Positions 8,629-21,149 of a stretch of 27,098 nucleotides of DNA are shown in pieces (position 1 is the first letter of the stretch; each line of letters starts with the position of its first letter). The notes below the pieces were generated by a model. The model saw nothing but the letters and a program-made list of their open reading frames with translations, was not told the DNA's origin and made no database searches. Location of the stretch: assembly GCF_004010195.1 (NCBI RefSeq), contig NC_057718.1:92949404-92976501 (forward strand). Reading direction: 5' to 3'. Both the position numbers and the translations under genes were made by a program. This DNA comes from Chiloscyllium plagiosum. Lineage: Eukaryota.

Positions 8629-11600
8629 TATGGCTGCAAGATGATGAATTTTCTACTTTTTAATCAAAGGATGCCACCTTGCCTGATGTTCTAAGTTTAA
8701 TTATAATTCAATCAAAATCACAGTTTATATCTACCTAAATAAGCTCTGTAATTAGAGGATAGGAAATTTTAAAATATAAATCCAGCAGCAGAAAAATAGA
8801 ATTAAGAACCATTGAGAAAACTGGCATTTTCTTGACTAGGATTTTTAGAAACAATTGATGTTGCAAATTAACTGAACATAAAACTTAATGCTCGGCAAAC
8901 AGTTAATAAAAGTCTTAACAACCTTTGCACTAATTTGGCAGTTCATAATAATTTACTAAAATTAAATCTTAAAAAGAGAATGGTGAGGCTGAGAAATGTT
9001 TCATTCACGTAAACGTTCATTCAGTAATTGTTTCCAGCAACTGAAGTGACTCCATTTTGCGGGTGAGGTGATTAATATATCCATTCAGAAGTTTATGGTT
9101 GGCACAGAGTATTATTCTACAACATTGACACTGGTTATTTCCTAATGTCAACACTTGCTGGAGAAAAACGCTGTTCCGACAGCGAATTAATTGCAGTAGT
9201 TACGATTCCAGTCTGTGAAGAATATTACAAAGATTGTGTACACTGATTTCTGTTCAATTCACCAAACTTTACTACTGTATATAGAAGTGAAACTGATCAT
9301 GTATGAATGATGCTAGAACTTAAGACCATCTGTTCTTAACAATTGCTGTTCTAACAATCCAATAGTTTATTTCTTAAATTTGTGATCTTTTTTTAAAAAC
9401 AAGGTAATCATGGAACTATTTTGTGAACACATTGAAGCATTCATATATATATTCTGTGAATGTATGTGAAATAGGTATCTTTAATAGCTATAACACACAT
9501 CAATATTTGCAAAGCTAACTATCAGCTTTTCAGATGTCTAATAGCAACTACAAAATGGGGTTCTATGATAATATAATTGAACCAGCAAGTAAAATAATTT
9601 CATAAAGGAAATGCACAAATGCATCAAAAAGAGGATTCTTACTCTGCACTACATTCACAGAGAATCCATTGTAAGGAGATTTTTTTCTGTTTTAGGCTTT
9701 AGTGCTCCATATTTTCTGAGAACACATAATTGATTTTAATGAAATTTTAATAAGTTTAATTAAATTATTTTACCAATATTCATAATAGATTGGCTTAATT
9801 TCAGATTACTCCCATAAACTTTTGCCATCAACTTCTGTTGCAAAGCAAACCTCTTGCCATTATAGCAATATTTAAGCAAAGCTAATAAAAAAATTGCAAA
9901 GTCACATTTGGTATTTCAAATTGACTTTGTCTGACATAGAACACCTTCTCTGTTATATGCAATTTCTGTAGTAGCAATGTTAAAATTTTCAGACTGAATT
10001 TTGTTTAGTTTATGTAAATCAACAGGGAATGACAAAAAAGAAATTTGCAAGGGGCAACTTATTTTAAGAACAGATTTTAGACTTTCAGTAAATATAATTA
10101 TCTGCATCCTCTTGCTTGAAGTTTTGATGTGTCCTTTTTCATTACAGTGTACCTTTCATTTTGTGTATGTTTGCATAAAAACTGAACATGTAAATTTAGA
10201 ATTTTTCCGTTGTTGCTAATTAAAACAGTGAAGCATGCCCTTCTGTCTGACAGCACAGCTTATCTTAATTTTCAGCTTATGTGAAATGAATTACTGAAAG
10301 TTCAACAGATCTTACAGGTTTACTAACAGAACAATTTGAAATGCATGATAAGGTTTCAGTGTTCAGATGCCAGTGCAATTTCAGAATCTCCATTCTCATA
10401 TGAATAGGAATGCAGAGTTGACAATGAATATTTTTAGGTGTCAAATCATGCTGTGGTCTTCTTACATTAATTGTTTAAAAACTCGCAGTGCAAATGCTGC
10501 ATTTAAAAAAAATTAACTGTATACTTTTTTTCCTGAAGTATTTCCCTAATTCTCCTCTACTTTATGAATATGCACATCCCACAATTACACATATTTTACA
10601 AAGCCATGCTATCGTTTAATTTGGTGGCACAGTTTTCTTGGGAGCAATACATTGATAAAACTTTCTTTCAAGGCTTGACTGGGAGAATGTAACAAATTCT
10701 CAATGAGCACATAGTAAAACTTCAGTTGCATACAGACTGATCGCACTGCAATTTGCTACATGTTTTTTCATTGGTTTTCTCATTAACACATCAGTTGTGA
10801 CACAATTAACTGGTCATCAAAAAAATAATCAAAGACATACACTCTGGACTGGCACCTTATCTGTCTAATGAAGGAATTGATTTAATTTGGTTCGAATCAG
10901 TTCCAAAATTTCAACTGAGTTCAATTAATTAATAAAGTCTATTCAAAATCTTGCAGATGCCACTGTCACCCTCCCCTTCATGGGTAAGGAGCCACTTCTC
11001 TCTCCACATTTTGATCCTGCAGTGTTAAAGTGGTGAGCATATAAACTTTGTTAAATGCATCTCTCACATACTGGTCAAGTAAATAAAGTCATTTATTGTC
11101 ATGGGGCTTGCCTTCTCTTTTTATTAGAATTCCATTGGCAAGCTAAGAGAGAAATTGCAAGGCAAGATAGTTAAGTGCAGTACATAGTCTTAAAGCCAAT
11201 TGCAATAAAGTTAGAATCCCTGCTGTTACCCTTAGTAATTTAAACTCTAGAATTGGAGTCGAGGTTTTCTCTCTCTTTCTCAGTTTTAATGCCCAAGGCT
11301 CTGAGGGAGGTTTAACACATTTGTTATAATTTGGTTGAATTTATTAAGAAGTGTTAAATTGCAGCACATCGAATCAGACGTGGTATAAATGTGTTTATTT
11401 AAAAACAAAAAGGCCAGATATGTCTTGAAACATTTCAGAGGATGACGAGCAAAGCTGAAAGAGCCGTGTAATCAACCCAGTACTTCGGAAGCAAGGGACA
11501 CTTAACTGTTTGCAGATCGGAGTGAATTATTCCATTTCTGAAAAATGCGTTTCTTTACTGCACGAATTCATTTTGTTTTTAGATCTCAAATTGTCTGAGT

Positions 11601-11900
11601 CTAATTCTGAAGGGCTATTTCGTATTATTTTTAACTTTGCACCAATTCAGTGTGAAGGTGGATTTACATAAAATAAAATGCCAGCTTTTGCTCTACCGCG
11701 TCTCCTTGATGACACGATAAACTGATGCTGTCCATTTTCCCAACACTTAAAGAGTAACCGCTGGGAACTTAAAGCTATGCTCACGAACGTGACAATGATG
11801 CAGAGTAACATAGGTTAGATCTCCGACGATTGAAAAATATTGAATACACTGTGCAGAAGTGAAATTGTCACAGAAATTTGAGGGTGCATACATGAGGACC

Positions 11901-11964
11901 AATGGTCGGCACAACATCGTGGGCTGAAGGGCTTGTTCTGTGCTGTACTGTTCTATGTTCTATG
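11901..11964 (+). mobile_element. Very short CR1 3' terminus with (TTCTATG)n tail
   Basis: GGTCGGCACAACATCGTGGGCTGAAGGGCTTGTTCTGTGCTGTACTGTTCTATGTTCTATG. Confidence 0.8.
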
Positions 11965-12561
11965 AATGCTGTCTTTCCACTGCACTGTTAAATCTATCTA
12001 ATTTAAACAATACCTTGATCATTTTAAGACGAGCAATTATTGTACAAAACATTTTGACTGTGTGGTTCTAAATAGGTTTTCTGTTTCTTAACATTTTTGA
12101 AAAATAAAAAATGATCGCATTTGTTTTAAGCAAATATGTGCTTCATCATGTCAAAATCAAATAGGCTATCCATAGTTAGATACTGTTAGGGTTGCCAGCA
12201 GATGTTTGGAACAAATAAATGCAATCCTAAAGTAAATGCTGAAATGTCTACAATTATCATAATCAGTGTAAAGCATCATTGACTATGTAGTGGCAGTACC
12301 CCTTCAGTCATGGGATTTCATTCAGCTGCCTCTATGTAATCCTGGAAGTCGCCTTGATGCTATCCATCAGAATGTGGGAATGAGAAAGTAGTCTTTGTGT
12401 TAAAGCTGAAAAATGGCTGTGAACATGACATCAAAATTGTAGCATGATCATGTTGGCATTCCCAAATTTTATCTGGTTTAACCATAAATAATTTAGTTTT
12501 TCACCTTTCAGTGGACAAGCAACAAATTTAGTTGTATATAAGCCTGTTAGGATATATATAA

Positions 12562-12595
12562 GCATATAACAAAATTATATTATTTTGTTATATGC
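12562..12595. repeat. Perfect 14-bp inverted repeat with 6-nt spacer
   Basis: GCATATAACAAAAT-TATATT-ATTTTGTTATATGC. Confidence 0.9.
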
Positions 12596-12996
12596 AGATT
12601 GTGGGCATTAATGCAACTGCCCTCTGAGTCTTCTATAACTCAACCCAGACTAAAAGTCCATGGTTAGATTAGAAGGTGTATACCTGTAATGTGTGTTGCT
12701 ATCAGTAAATATAACAGAGTACAAAGATTGGTTTAAGTTCTATCCTTCACTAGTTTTCTGGAATAAAACCATCACTATAAAAAATTAGCATAATTGTCAT
12801 GTAAATTCCATATCTAAGAATAGTTGAACATCATAACTTGATCAATATTATCAATTGACACCTACATCATGAACTACAATTATTGACCACATGATTACAA
12901 CTGAAAATCATGAGCTTAAAGGAACTTCTTAGAAAAAAATCACAAATGTTGTTGTGGATGGATTAATTTTTAAAACATTATTTCTATTTTTTGAAA

Positions 12997-13126
12997 GTCA
13001 TAGAATCATATAGAATGAGAGAAGGCCATTCACCCACCATGTTTATACTGGTTATTTGAAAGGTCTAACCAATTAATCACCTTTTTTTTGTACAAAGCCC
13101 CAGAGTATTTGATTTTTCAAATATAC
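12997..13126 (-). mobile_element. Old CR1 3' end fragment
   Basis: TCATAGAATCATATAGAATGAGAGAAGGCCATTCACCC is an antisense CR1 tail and 3' UTR. Confidence 0.6.
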
Positions 13127-13501
13127 AGGGTGGAAATTTATATTTTATTTGTTGCAACTCTCCTCAGTGGATTCCATTTCTGGATATGAATCCAGTAATA
13201 TTTGAAGGATGACCTTTTATCGCTTATCTTCAAGCTTCTATAAAATTACAGCTATGTCTCCTAAAGATCTAAGCTTTGTTGTGTTCTATTTCGCATCTAT
13301 GTGATGCCTCCCAACAATATTATCCAAAAATATAATGCCTAAGTTCCTTGTATATGTCAATGACATTCAGCAGTACCTCACCATCTCCTTCCTAGATCCC
13401 AAATTTGCTGTTTTGCTAGTCTTGGCATCCTTTTTTGGATGACGAGTATAGTCCTCCAATGAAACACTATGAAGACTGGATCTTGGTCTTCACAAACAGA
13501 T

Positions 13502-14068
13502 GCACTGAATAAAAAAAACAAAGAAATTATGTTGAACCATAAAGTTCTATGGTTGGAGAGTGCAAATGGTGATTTACGTCGAGTTCTGGTTACCATTCTT
13601 TTGGAAAGACATGACGGACCTTAAGAGGATATAGAGGATGTAGATGAGATCAGAATTGTTTCAGGGATTTTAGTTACAACACTAGATTGGATTTGTTCTT
13701 TTTGGAACAAGAGATTGAGGTTGATCTGACAGAGTAATCAAGATTGTGAAAGGTCAGATGGTAAAGGCACTGTAAAGCTAATTCTATTAGTTGATGACAT
13801 AAGGACCAGGAGACACAGATTTAAGGTTTTTTTTGGCAAGAGAAACAGGAGGGATAGGGGATCTTTTTTAACATAGTGAGTGGTAATGACCTGAAATCTG
13901 TTGCCTATGAGGGTAGTGGAAGTGGGCAATCAACTGTTCAAAATTGGAGAGACATGAGGTAAACAGGCATATATAAAAATATGGGGCATACAGTGGGGGA
14001 ACAAGACTGATTAGATTTCTCTGTAGACAGGCGGCATGAACTTAATGATGTGAATGGCTTCTTTCTCA
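13502..14068 (+). mobile_element. Old CR1 LINE 3' portion
   Basis: Decayed ORF2 C-terminus (..KEIMLN..FWLP..RLR.DL..RTRRHRFKV..FLT.*VVMT*NLLP.RVVE), followed by 3' UTR-like GGCATGAAC..GAATGGCTTCTTTC. Confidence 0.7.
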
Positions 14069-14109
14069 ATGTCTCTGGTTCCCACTTGTTTGGTCAACAC
14101 AAATTCCCT

Positions 14110-14690
14110 CCTTCATCCTTGTTACTATCTCAACCTGAACCAGATTTGCACCACTTTGGGTCTAATCTGAGCCTGAGATAAGCTTCCAATCCCATTTCCT
14201 CTGTATCAACAAAATGCTATTTTCCACCTCCATAATGTAGACTATCTCCACCTGGGTCTTGGCTATTTTCTACTGAAACCCTCAGCCATTTGTTTGGTAC
14301 CTCTGGACTATCCTTTATCTTTAGGAGACTTAAGTTTATCTAACACACTGCAGTCTATAACTCACACCAAGTCTGATTCACCCAGCACTACTTTGCTCAT
14401 TGATTTTCCACCCAGCGACACATTGATTTCAGCACTCTATTCAGATTCTTCCATGGCCTTGTCCCTCTTTCTCTCTAGCCGTACACCCTCTAAGGTATGT
14501 TCGTGCCTCTAAACCTGGCCTCTTGTGTGTCCATGATTTCCATCATTTTCAGTATGGCCATGCCTACAGCTGTTTAGGGTTGAATCCAGAATGTTCTCTC
14601 TAAATGTCTCCATCTGTTTCCCCTCCTTGGCCTTTTTTGGTCAAGCTCTTGGTTACTTGTCCTGATACCTCCTGTCATGGCTCAGTATCT
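14110..14690 (+). mobile_element. Old L2-clade LINE 3' portion
   Basis: Decayed ..KCYFHLHNV..ETLSHLFGTSGL..THTKSDSPST.. resembles the L2 'YFHLRNI..ETLIHAFVTSRLDY..LTRTK.RS.ITP' segment. Confidence 0.6.
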
Positions 14691-14699
14691 TGTCTTCAG

Positions 14700-15025
14700 A
14701 TTCTCTGAACTTTTGCAGTGCAGAAGGAAGCCATTTGGGCCCAACATGCCTGCACCAGTGCTCTGGGCATTTTAACTTCTGGCAATCTCATATCTTTACC
14801 TCATAGTTTCGCTCATTCTCTGCATTCAAATAATCATCTAGTGTTTTCCTGAGTGCTTCAGTTGAATGTTGGGCACCATGTTTGTACTCTAAAACACTCG
14901 CTGGGTGATTTCATTTTTCTTCAAAACTGTGCTTTCTGGTTCATGATCCATTTAGGAGTGGGAACATTTTTTCCAATCCACACTTCCTACATTCCCCATG
15001 ATTTTGAAAACCTCAAACATATCTG
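14700..15025 (-). mobile_element. Old CR1 3' portion
   Basis: GCAGTGCAGAAGGAAGCCATTTGGGCCCAACATGCCTGCACC (antisense 3' UTR) through CCCCATGATTTTGAAAACCTC (minus strand EVFKIMG). Confidence 0.6.
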
Positions 15026-16877
15026 ATAAACTATTTGGGATATTTCGCAATGTTAATCCATTTGTATAAACTTGAATTGTTGCAGTTATGTATCCATTTT
15101 CCTTTTGAAAGGTACAGTTAAATTACTTTTCCACCACCCATTTAGTGCATTCCAATTAATACTAAATTTTTGTGTCGTGAAAATTCTCAGCAACTCTCCT
15201 CCAATTCTTCTGGTCAGTTTTCTCTATATTGTATGCTTGGTGTATATGGCTATAGATAAAGGTTCCTCTGTTAGACAGGATACTGTGTAAGTTGGAACCA
15301 TAATCATTTGACTGTTGTGAGACATTCAAATGTAAAGCAACAAAATTTGGATTTCGGAAAAGGAGGTGGGAGGGGATGGTCTGTCTTGCTTTGCAGACTA
15401 CAGGAAATGAGGAGAGGTCAAGTTTGCAGATCAGCAGAGAACTTTAACTGTGATCTCTCAATATAGAAGGAACTGGGTCACAGTGCAACACCTTTATAAC
15501 CAACACTTGGAAATATTTCTGTTGATTTTCTTTTAACAAAGCAACATGTTTAGATTCTGCTGTTTGTTTGAATCTGTAAATACAAAAATGGTAACTCGTG
15601 GCTTTTTCACTACAATGCAACACTGTCTACGTAAAGTGAATTTATTTATAATACTTTAAATTTATGACAGGATTGAGATATTAAAAAACTGAATTGCTTT
15701 TTTGTTTAATAAATCTATTTAAATCCTCCAATGACAAAAATACTGTGCCAGTATAAAGCAATAGTGCTTAGAATACTCTCAGACTTCTCAGAAATTTAAA
15801 GTCTAAAGGTAACATCACAGGCATTTAGATACATGAGCAGCTAAACATTTATTTAGAAGCAAAACATCTACAGAAATATGACATTAAATGAACAATATTA
15901 GTTTCTTTTTTACAAAGCTAATAATCATTAAATGTCTAAACATGGTTGGCAGTGAAAAATCAGACAATTCTCTGACTTGGAAAGATCAAAACTTCATCTT
16001 CACAATCTTGAGAAGGCTGAATAAAATGCGTGGGAGTAGATCATTTAACTTTTAGTGTGTGTACAGAGCAAGAAGGTTAAGTAAAAAAACAGACAAGCAG
16101 AAAGAACTTAGAAGAAGTAAGAGGTAAGGATTTGTACTTTTCACTGTTAGTGGCAATATGGCATAATCAAGCACAAAAGGCATGCTAATGCTGTACCAAT
16201 TAAGATCATCTTTGAAAAGCCAGCAAAGTATCTATTTATAAATGGGCTGATAACTACAAAATACTGACAGACATTATTAATACTACATAGAACATGACAG
16301 TGGCTAATCGGGAATCAAAATGCAATAACTGATATTCTGATATTGTGCTTAGTTTAGCTCTTAGGAACACATTTGCGGACATTTTCCACCAGGGATTAAA
16401 TGGGTCGGATCAGCAAATTGAGCAAGTTTACATAATTTGAGGGAGATGTGAAGGAATTCCTTCATGTGAAGAGGTAGGTTGTTATGCCGAATGATTTTTT
16501 TTCCTGTTCCGTGATTTGTGAAATGTTTAGAATAAATCAACTGGTTTAAGAATGGACAGAAAATCAAACAGCAGGTCTTAGTCATATTAAACCAAACCAG
16601 TCTGGCTGGTTTAGGAGTAAGCTGGGTATTACAAAAACAGCATTAGCAAGAAAATTAGCAGTGTAAGCAAGGATTGTTGCACGCAGTCATATGTTAATAT
16701 GAGCACATGACTGGCAATCAGAAGTACTTTTCATTATTAATGCAGAATTTTGAAAACATTATGTGCAATTGATATTTGCATGATCTTAGTCACAAAAAAA
16801 TCTGCGATATCAGTTTTCAAATGTGACTGTAGTTTATTATAAACCTAGTCCTTTCTAGCCAAGCTGATATGAAATGT

Positions 16878-16953
16878 TTCTCAAGGGAAATTAGGGAAAG
16901 GCAACAAATGCTGGTCCTGCCAGCAACACCCACATCCCCCAAACATTAATAAA
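16878..16953 (+). mobile_element. Short LINE/SINE 3' end (family of 18325-19284)
   Basis: TTCTCAAGGGAAATTAGGGAAAGGCAACAAATGCTGG matches 19209-19284. Confidence 0.7.
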
Positions 16954-17070
16954 ATAGATATAATCATCTGACCTCAGCATTTTAAAAAAATATGATGACT
17001 GATTATTCAAGAGATCAGGAATATTTTTTAACACACTGAGTTGGCATTATCAAAAAACTTATTTTCATGC

Positions 17071-17389
17071 ATCATAGGATCCCTACAGTGTGGAAGCAGG
17101 CCATTTGGTCCATTGAGTCTGCATTGACTCTCACCCAGACTCACCCCTTACCTTACCCTGCATTCCCTATATCTAATCCACCTAACCTAAACATCACTGG
17201 ACACTACAGATAATTTAGCACAGCCCATCTACTTAACCTGCACATCTTTGGACTGTGAGAAGATGCTGGCGCACCTGAAGGAAACCCACTCAGACACAAG
17301 GAGAAGACAATCGCCCAATGGGTGGAATTGAATCTGGGTCCCTGCACTGTGAGGTTACAGTGCTCACCACTGAGCTACCATGCCACCCC
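17071..17389 (-). mobile_element. HE1-type V-SINE with probable TTCATG target-site duplication
   Basis: Antisense HE1 head, V-domain and tail; TTCATG at 17064-17069 and 17391-17396. Confidence 0.88.
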
Positions 17390-17483
17390 ATTCATGTCTT
17401 GAATTTCAGATTATTCTAAAACATTTGTTCAACACAAGCTGAGGAGGAATGAAATGTTATTGATGTTGAAATGGTAGTGGTCT

Positions 17484-17780
17484 TTTTAGATTTAGATTTT
17501 AGATTTTATTGTCACATGTACTCAAGTACAGGAATATAGTGATAAGTGTATAATGTCACCATACATGGCATCATCTTAGGTGCCAAGGTGCCTAGCTACA
17601 AAAAAATGCTTAAGTACAAAGTAGTAAGAGAACCGAGAGTTGAAAAGTTAAGCAGTACTTCATAGAAAAGAAGAAAAATTAGGAAATAGGTAATAGTTTA
17701 CATTAAAGCCTTTCGTAGTTCAGACTGGGAAAATAAAGGATTAAGTTAAAAGTTCAATAATCTTTGATGAGTCCTCCACT
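17484..17780 (-). mobile_element. Non-LTR retroelement 3' end (Rex1/Babar-like tail), family uncertain
   Basis: Minus strand ends TGTACTTGAGTACATGTGACAATAAAATCTAAAATCTAAATCTAAAA (AATAAA plus tandem tail); right boundary uncertain. Confidence 0.5.
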
Positions 17781-18009
17781 TATTTCTCTCTCTGAAGCGA
17801 CCTCAGCTATGTGTTCTTGTCCGTTCTATAGTCAGTGTTCCATCTGCTCTGATAACTTTTAATTAGTTGAAATTTAAAAGTTTTGAGATAAATCAAATTG
17901 GACATGTACTTTTTGATTCCACAGAATAAAGATGAGATGCTATCAAAGCACCATGCTCACAGTTCCCTCTTTGGACAGCTTCACCTTTTTATTTCTCCTC
18001 CCTGCAACC

Positions 18010-19323
18010 TTCAGTTAAGAGAGCATGGATTTAAGCCCCAGTCTAGGAGCTAAACCCATAATCTAGGACAATGGTTCAATGTGAGAGGATATTGCATTAT
18101 GGTAACGTGCAGTCATTCAAACAAGAAATGAAATCCCAAAGTGTTACTTTCCCTTTCAGTTCAGAGAAAGAAAATGTCTCATGGCATTACTTAAAGAGCA
18201 GAGAATTGTAAAGAGTGTCCTGGCCTTTGCAACATCCCAAAACATTGGTTATTTAGTCATTAATCTCACTGTTGCCTATGGGATTTCCTGTGTCAAAACT
18301 GTTTGCTGCCATTACCTAGAAAATACCAGCTGTTGTTTGTTGGAAGTCAGTTATCTCAACTCCAGGACATCTCTGCAGGAGTTCCTCAGGGTCATGTCCT
18401 GGGCTCAACCATCTTCATCAATGAAATTTCCCTCCATCAAATATGGGGACATTCACTGATGATTACAGCATGCTCAGGACCATTTGCAAATCCTCAGTTA
18501 CTGAAGTAGTCAATGTTCAAATGCAACAAGATCCAGATAGTATCTAGGCTTGGACTGAGAATTGACAAGTAACATCCACACCACACAAATGCCAGACAAT
18601 GATCATCTCTAATAAGACAATGTAACCACCACCCTTGACATTCAATGCTGTTATCATACTAAATACCCCACTGACCAGAAATTCAACTAGACTCATCACA
18701 TAAACATTGGCTGCAAGAGCATTTCAGAGACTGGGAATACTGCTGTGAGTAACTCACCTCCTGACTCTCCAGAGTTCACTACTGACGTATAAGGCAAAGT
18801 CAGGAGTGTGATGAAATATTTCCCACTTGTCTGGATGAGTGCAGCTCCAACAACACTCAAGAAGCTCAACACTATCCAGGACAAAGCAACCCGCTTGATT
18901 GGCACCATATCCATAAGGATCCACTCCCTCCCCCACTGATGCTCAGTAGCAGCACTGTGTACTATTTACAAAATGCACTGCAGAAATTCCTTAGCTAGCA
19001 CCTTCCAAACACATGACCAATTCCACCTAGAAGAACAAGGGAGCAAGTACCTGGGAGCACCACTACCTGCAAGTTCCCCTCCAAGCCATTTACCATCCTG
19101 ACTTGGAAATATATCACTCTCCTTCAAAATCACTGGGTCCCTCTGTAAGAATATTGCAGGTCAACCTACAGTAGATGGACTGCACTGGTTCAAGAAGGCA
19201 GCCAACCCTTCTCAAGGGCAACTAGGAAAGGGCAACAAATGTTGGTGAGTCAGCAATGCCCATGTCCCATGAGTGAATAAAAAATGCAGAGATGATCAAA
19301 AATAATTCATTGGCTGTGAAGGG
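18010..19323 (+). mobile_element. Ancient Deu-domain SINE (SacSINE1/AmnSINE1-like), split by the LINE at 18325-19284
   Basis: CATGGCATTACTTAAAGAGCAG..GTGTCCTGGCC..GTCATTAATCTCACTGTTG..GGGA..TGTG before the LINE and TTCATTGGCTGTGAAG after it match recalled DeuSINE blocks. Confidence 0.65.
18325..19284 (+). mobile_element. CR1/L2-group LINE (distinct from HER1), 5'-truncated, RT to 3' end
   Basis: VGSQLSQLQDISAGVPQGHVLGSTIF..FTDD..QMQQD..TPHKCQTMIISNK..KAKSGV..WMSAAPTTLKKLNTIQDKA.RLIG; ends TGAATAAAAAA. Confidence 0.88.
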
Positions 19324-19325
19324 CA

Positions 19326-19590
19326 CATAACACAGAAGGAGGCCAAAACATCTATCTTTGTAATTTAGGCATGTAATTCAACTATTTCCACATAACCTTG
19401 CAACCAAGTGCTCCTATAGCATATATCCAATTGACTTTAAAAAGTTGCTATGAAATTTGCTTCCTTTCAGGCTGAACATTACAAATATCAACAACATTCA
19501 GTGTGAGAAAACTTTCCTTATTTTCTCTCCAGTGCTTACGTTAATTATTTTAAATGTATGACATCTGGCTATAGAATGTGTTGTCAGAGC
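19326..19590 (-). mobile_element. Old CR1 3' end fragment
   Basis: CACAGAAGGAGGCCA..TATATCCAATT..TTTAAAAAGTT..GTGTGAGAAAA..ATTTTAAATGTATG is antisense CR1 3'-region-like. Confidence 0.55.
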
Positions 19591-20497
19591 TGAGATTCGT
19601 CTTCTACAAAAAAAGATTTTGCAAAAGCCATGTGGACATGATTTGGCCATATCATTCCAGATCTCAACTCAAAAATTAGCTTCTAGATGGTATGTAACTG
19701 CACACGATAGTTGTTGTAAGTTTAAACTGGATTAACTCGGGCAAAAAAAGAGTTTAAAATATAACATGAAGAATAAGAAAGATGATCAAATGAAACAGGA
19801 AATAAAAATATGAGCACAATTAAAATTTCAATCTAAATGGTGTTCGATGTTAACTTGGGTTGTATAGAGTTAACAATACATTAATGAAACCACTTATAGT
19901 GTCTCAGTCCCTTTTACTCATAATTTTCAGTGTCACAGCATATAACTGACTGGCCCAAGATTAGGGAAGTTTTGCTGAACTTGAAAGCAAACAAAATAGA
20001 ATCCAAACAGTGAGATAAAGAGCACTGCTATAAGGATCTTTCTGATCTCGCAAATCTTAAAATGCAGCTGCAAGTCCTTAACATATGAACTATGGTGCTG
20101 CAGGTTTAACTTTTATTTACTAAATATTCATTCAGACTAATTGATAACACAAGTCATAATATACGCAGAAAAAAGTTTACATTAATTTTACCATCATGCG
20201 TTTAGCCTGTATTAACTATGAATTTTCTCTATCATAAATTGAACATAATATACACCTCCTCAACCTATTAACTCACTCACATCTTCCTGGAACTACATGC
20301 ATAATTACACCTTTACAGCTGTGGAGCTGCCATATTTTGACAATGTTGCCAGCCCCAGACCCAAATTGTTATTAGTTTTAAACAATGAGAAGAGTAAAAC
20401 ATCCAACCCCAAGCTGTGGAAGATATTATTGCTTTCGTTTTGCTCTGATCCAAGAGTGATTCATATCCTCAATTTTTCTTGTCCATTAATCTACTTT

Positions 20498-20840
20498 CAT
20501 AGAATCCCTACAGTGTGGAAACAGGCCATCTGTCCCAACAAGTCCACACCAAGTCTCCCAGGCAGACCCATTCTCCTACCCTATTGCTCTGCATTTCCCC
20601 TGACTAATGTATCTAACCTACACATCCCTGAACACTATGGGCAATTTAGCAGGGCCAATTCACCTAACCTGCATATCTTTTCTGGACTGTGGGAGGGAAT
20701 TGGAGCAACTGGAGTAAACCCATGCAGACATGGGGAGAACATGCAAACTCCATGCAGACAGTAGCCCAAGGCTGGAATTGAACCCGGGTCTCTGGCACTG
20801 TGAGGCAGCAGTGTTAACCACTGAGCCACCATACCGCCCA
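20498..20840 (-). mobile_element. HE1-type V-SINE with TACTTT target-site duplication
   Basis: Full antisense HE1; TACTTT at 20492-20497 and 20841-20846. Confidence 0.92.
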
Positions 20841-21149
20841 TACTTTAGATACACATTGTCACATTCTCTTTAATACTGTGTATTTTAATTTTAGCAACTG
20901 GATAGCTTTGCAGGGTCTTATGATGTTCCTCTTGAAAACCCACATACTCAAACTCTACTGTTCTCCACTTTTTCCTGAAAGAACTCCATTTAATTAGTCA
21001 GAAATGTCTGACTTTCACAGATCTGTCCCAGGTGTCCTTACTAAACCCGCAAACTTTTTTTTCTAATTGAGCATTAATTTTCATTATTTTCTAGAGCTTA
21101 TAAACCACTCATTAGCTGAATTGTCTCTCTCTATAAATATTTACCTTGT

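Noticed and set aside
11705..11805. C/D box snoRNA (TGATGA..CTGA)
   Set aside because: Box spacing is too short, there is no terminal stem, and no rRNA-complementary guide was recognised.
16361..16585. 74-aa minus-strand ORF as a host exon
   Set aside because: No recognisable domain or convincing splice context; length is expected by chance.
20297..20854. 155-aa and overlapping short ORFs
   Set aside because: Read-through into an HE1 SINE; similar peptides recur at the other HE1 copies (925, 7371, 21537, 22220).
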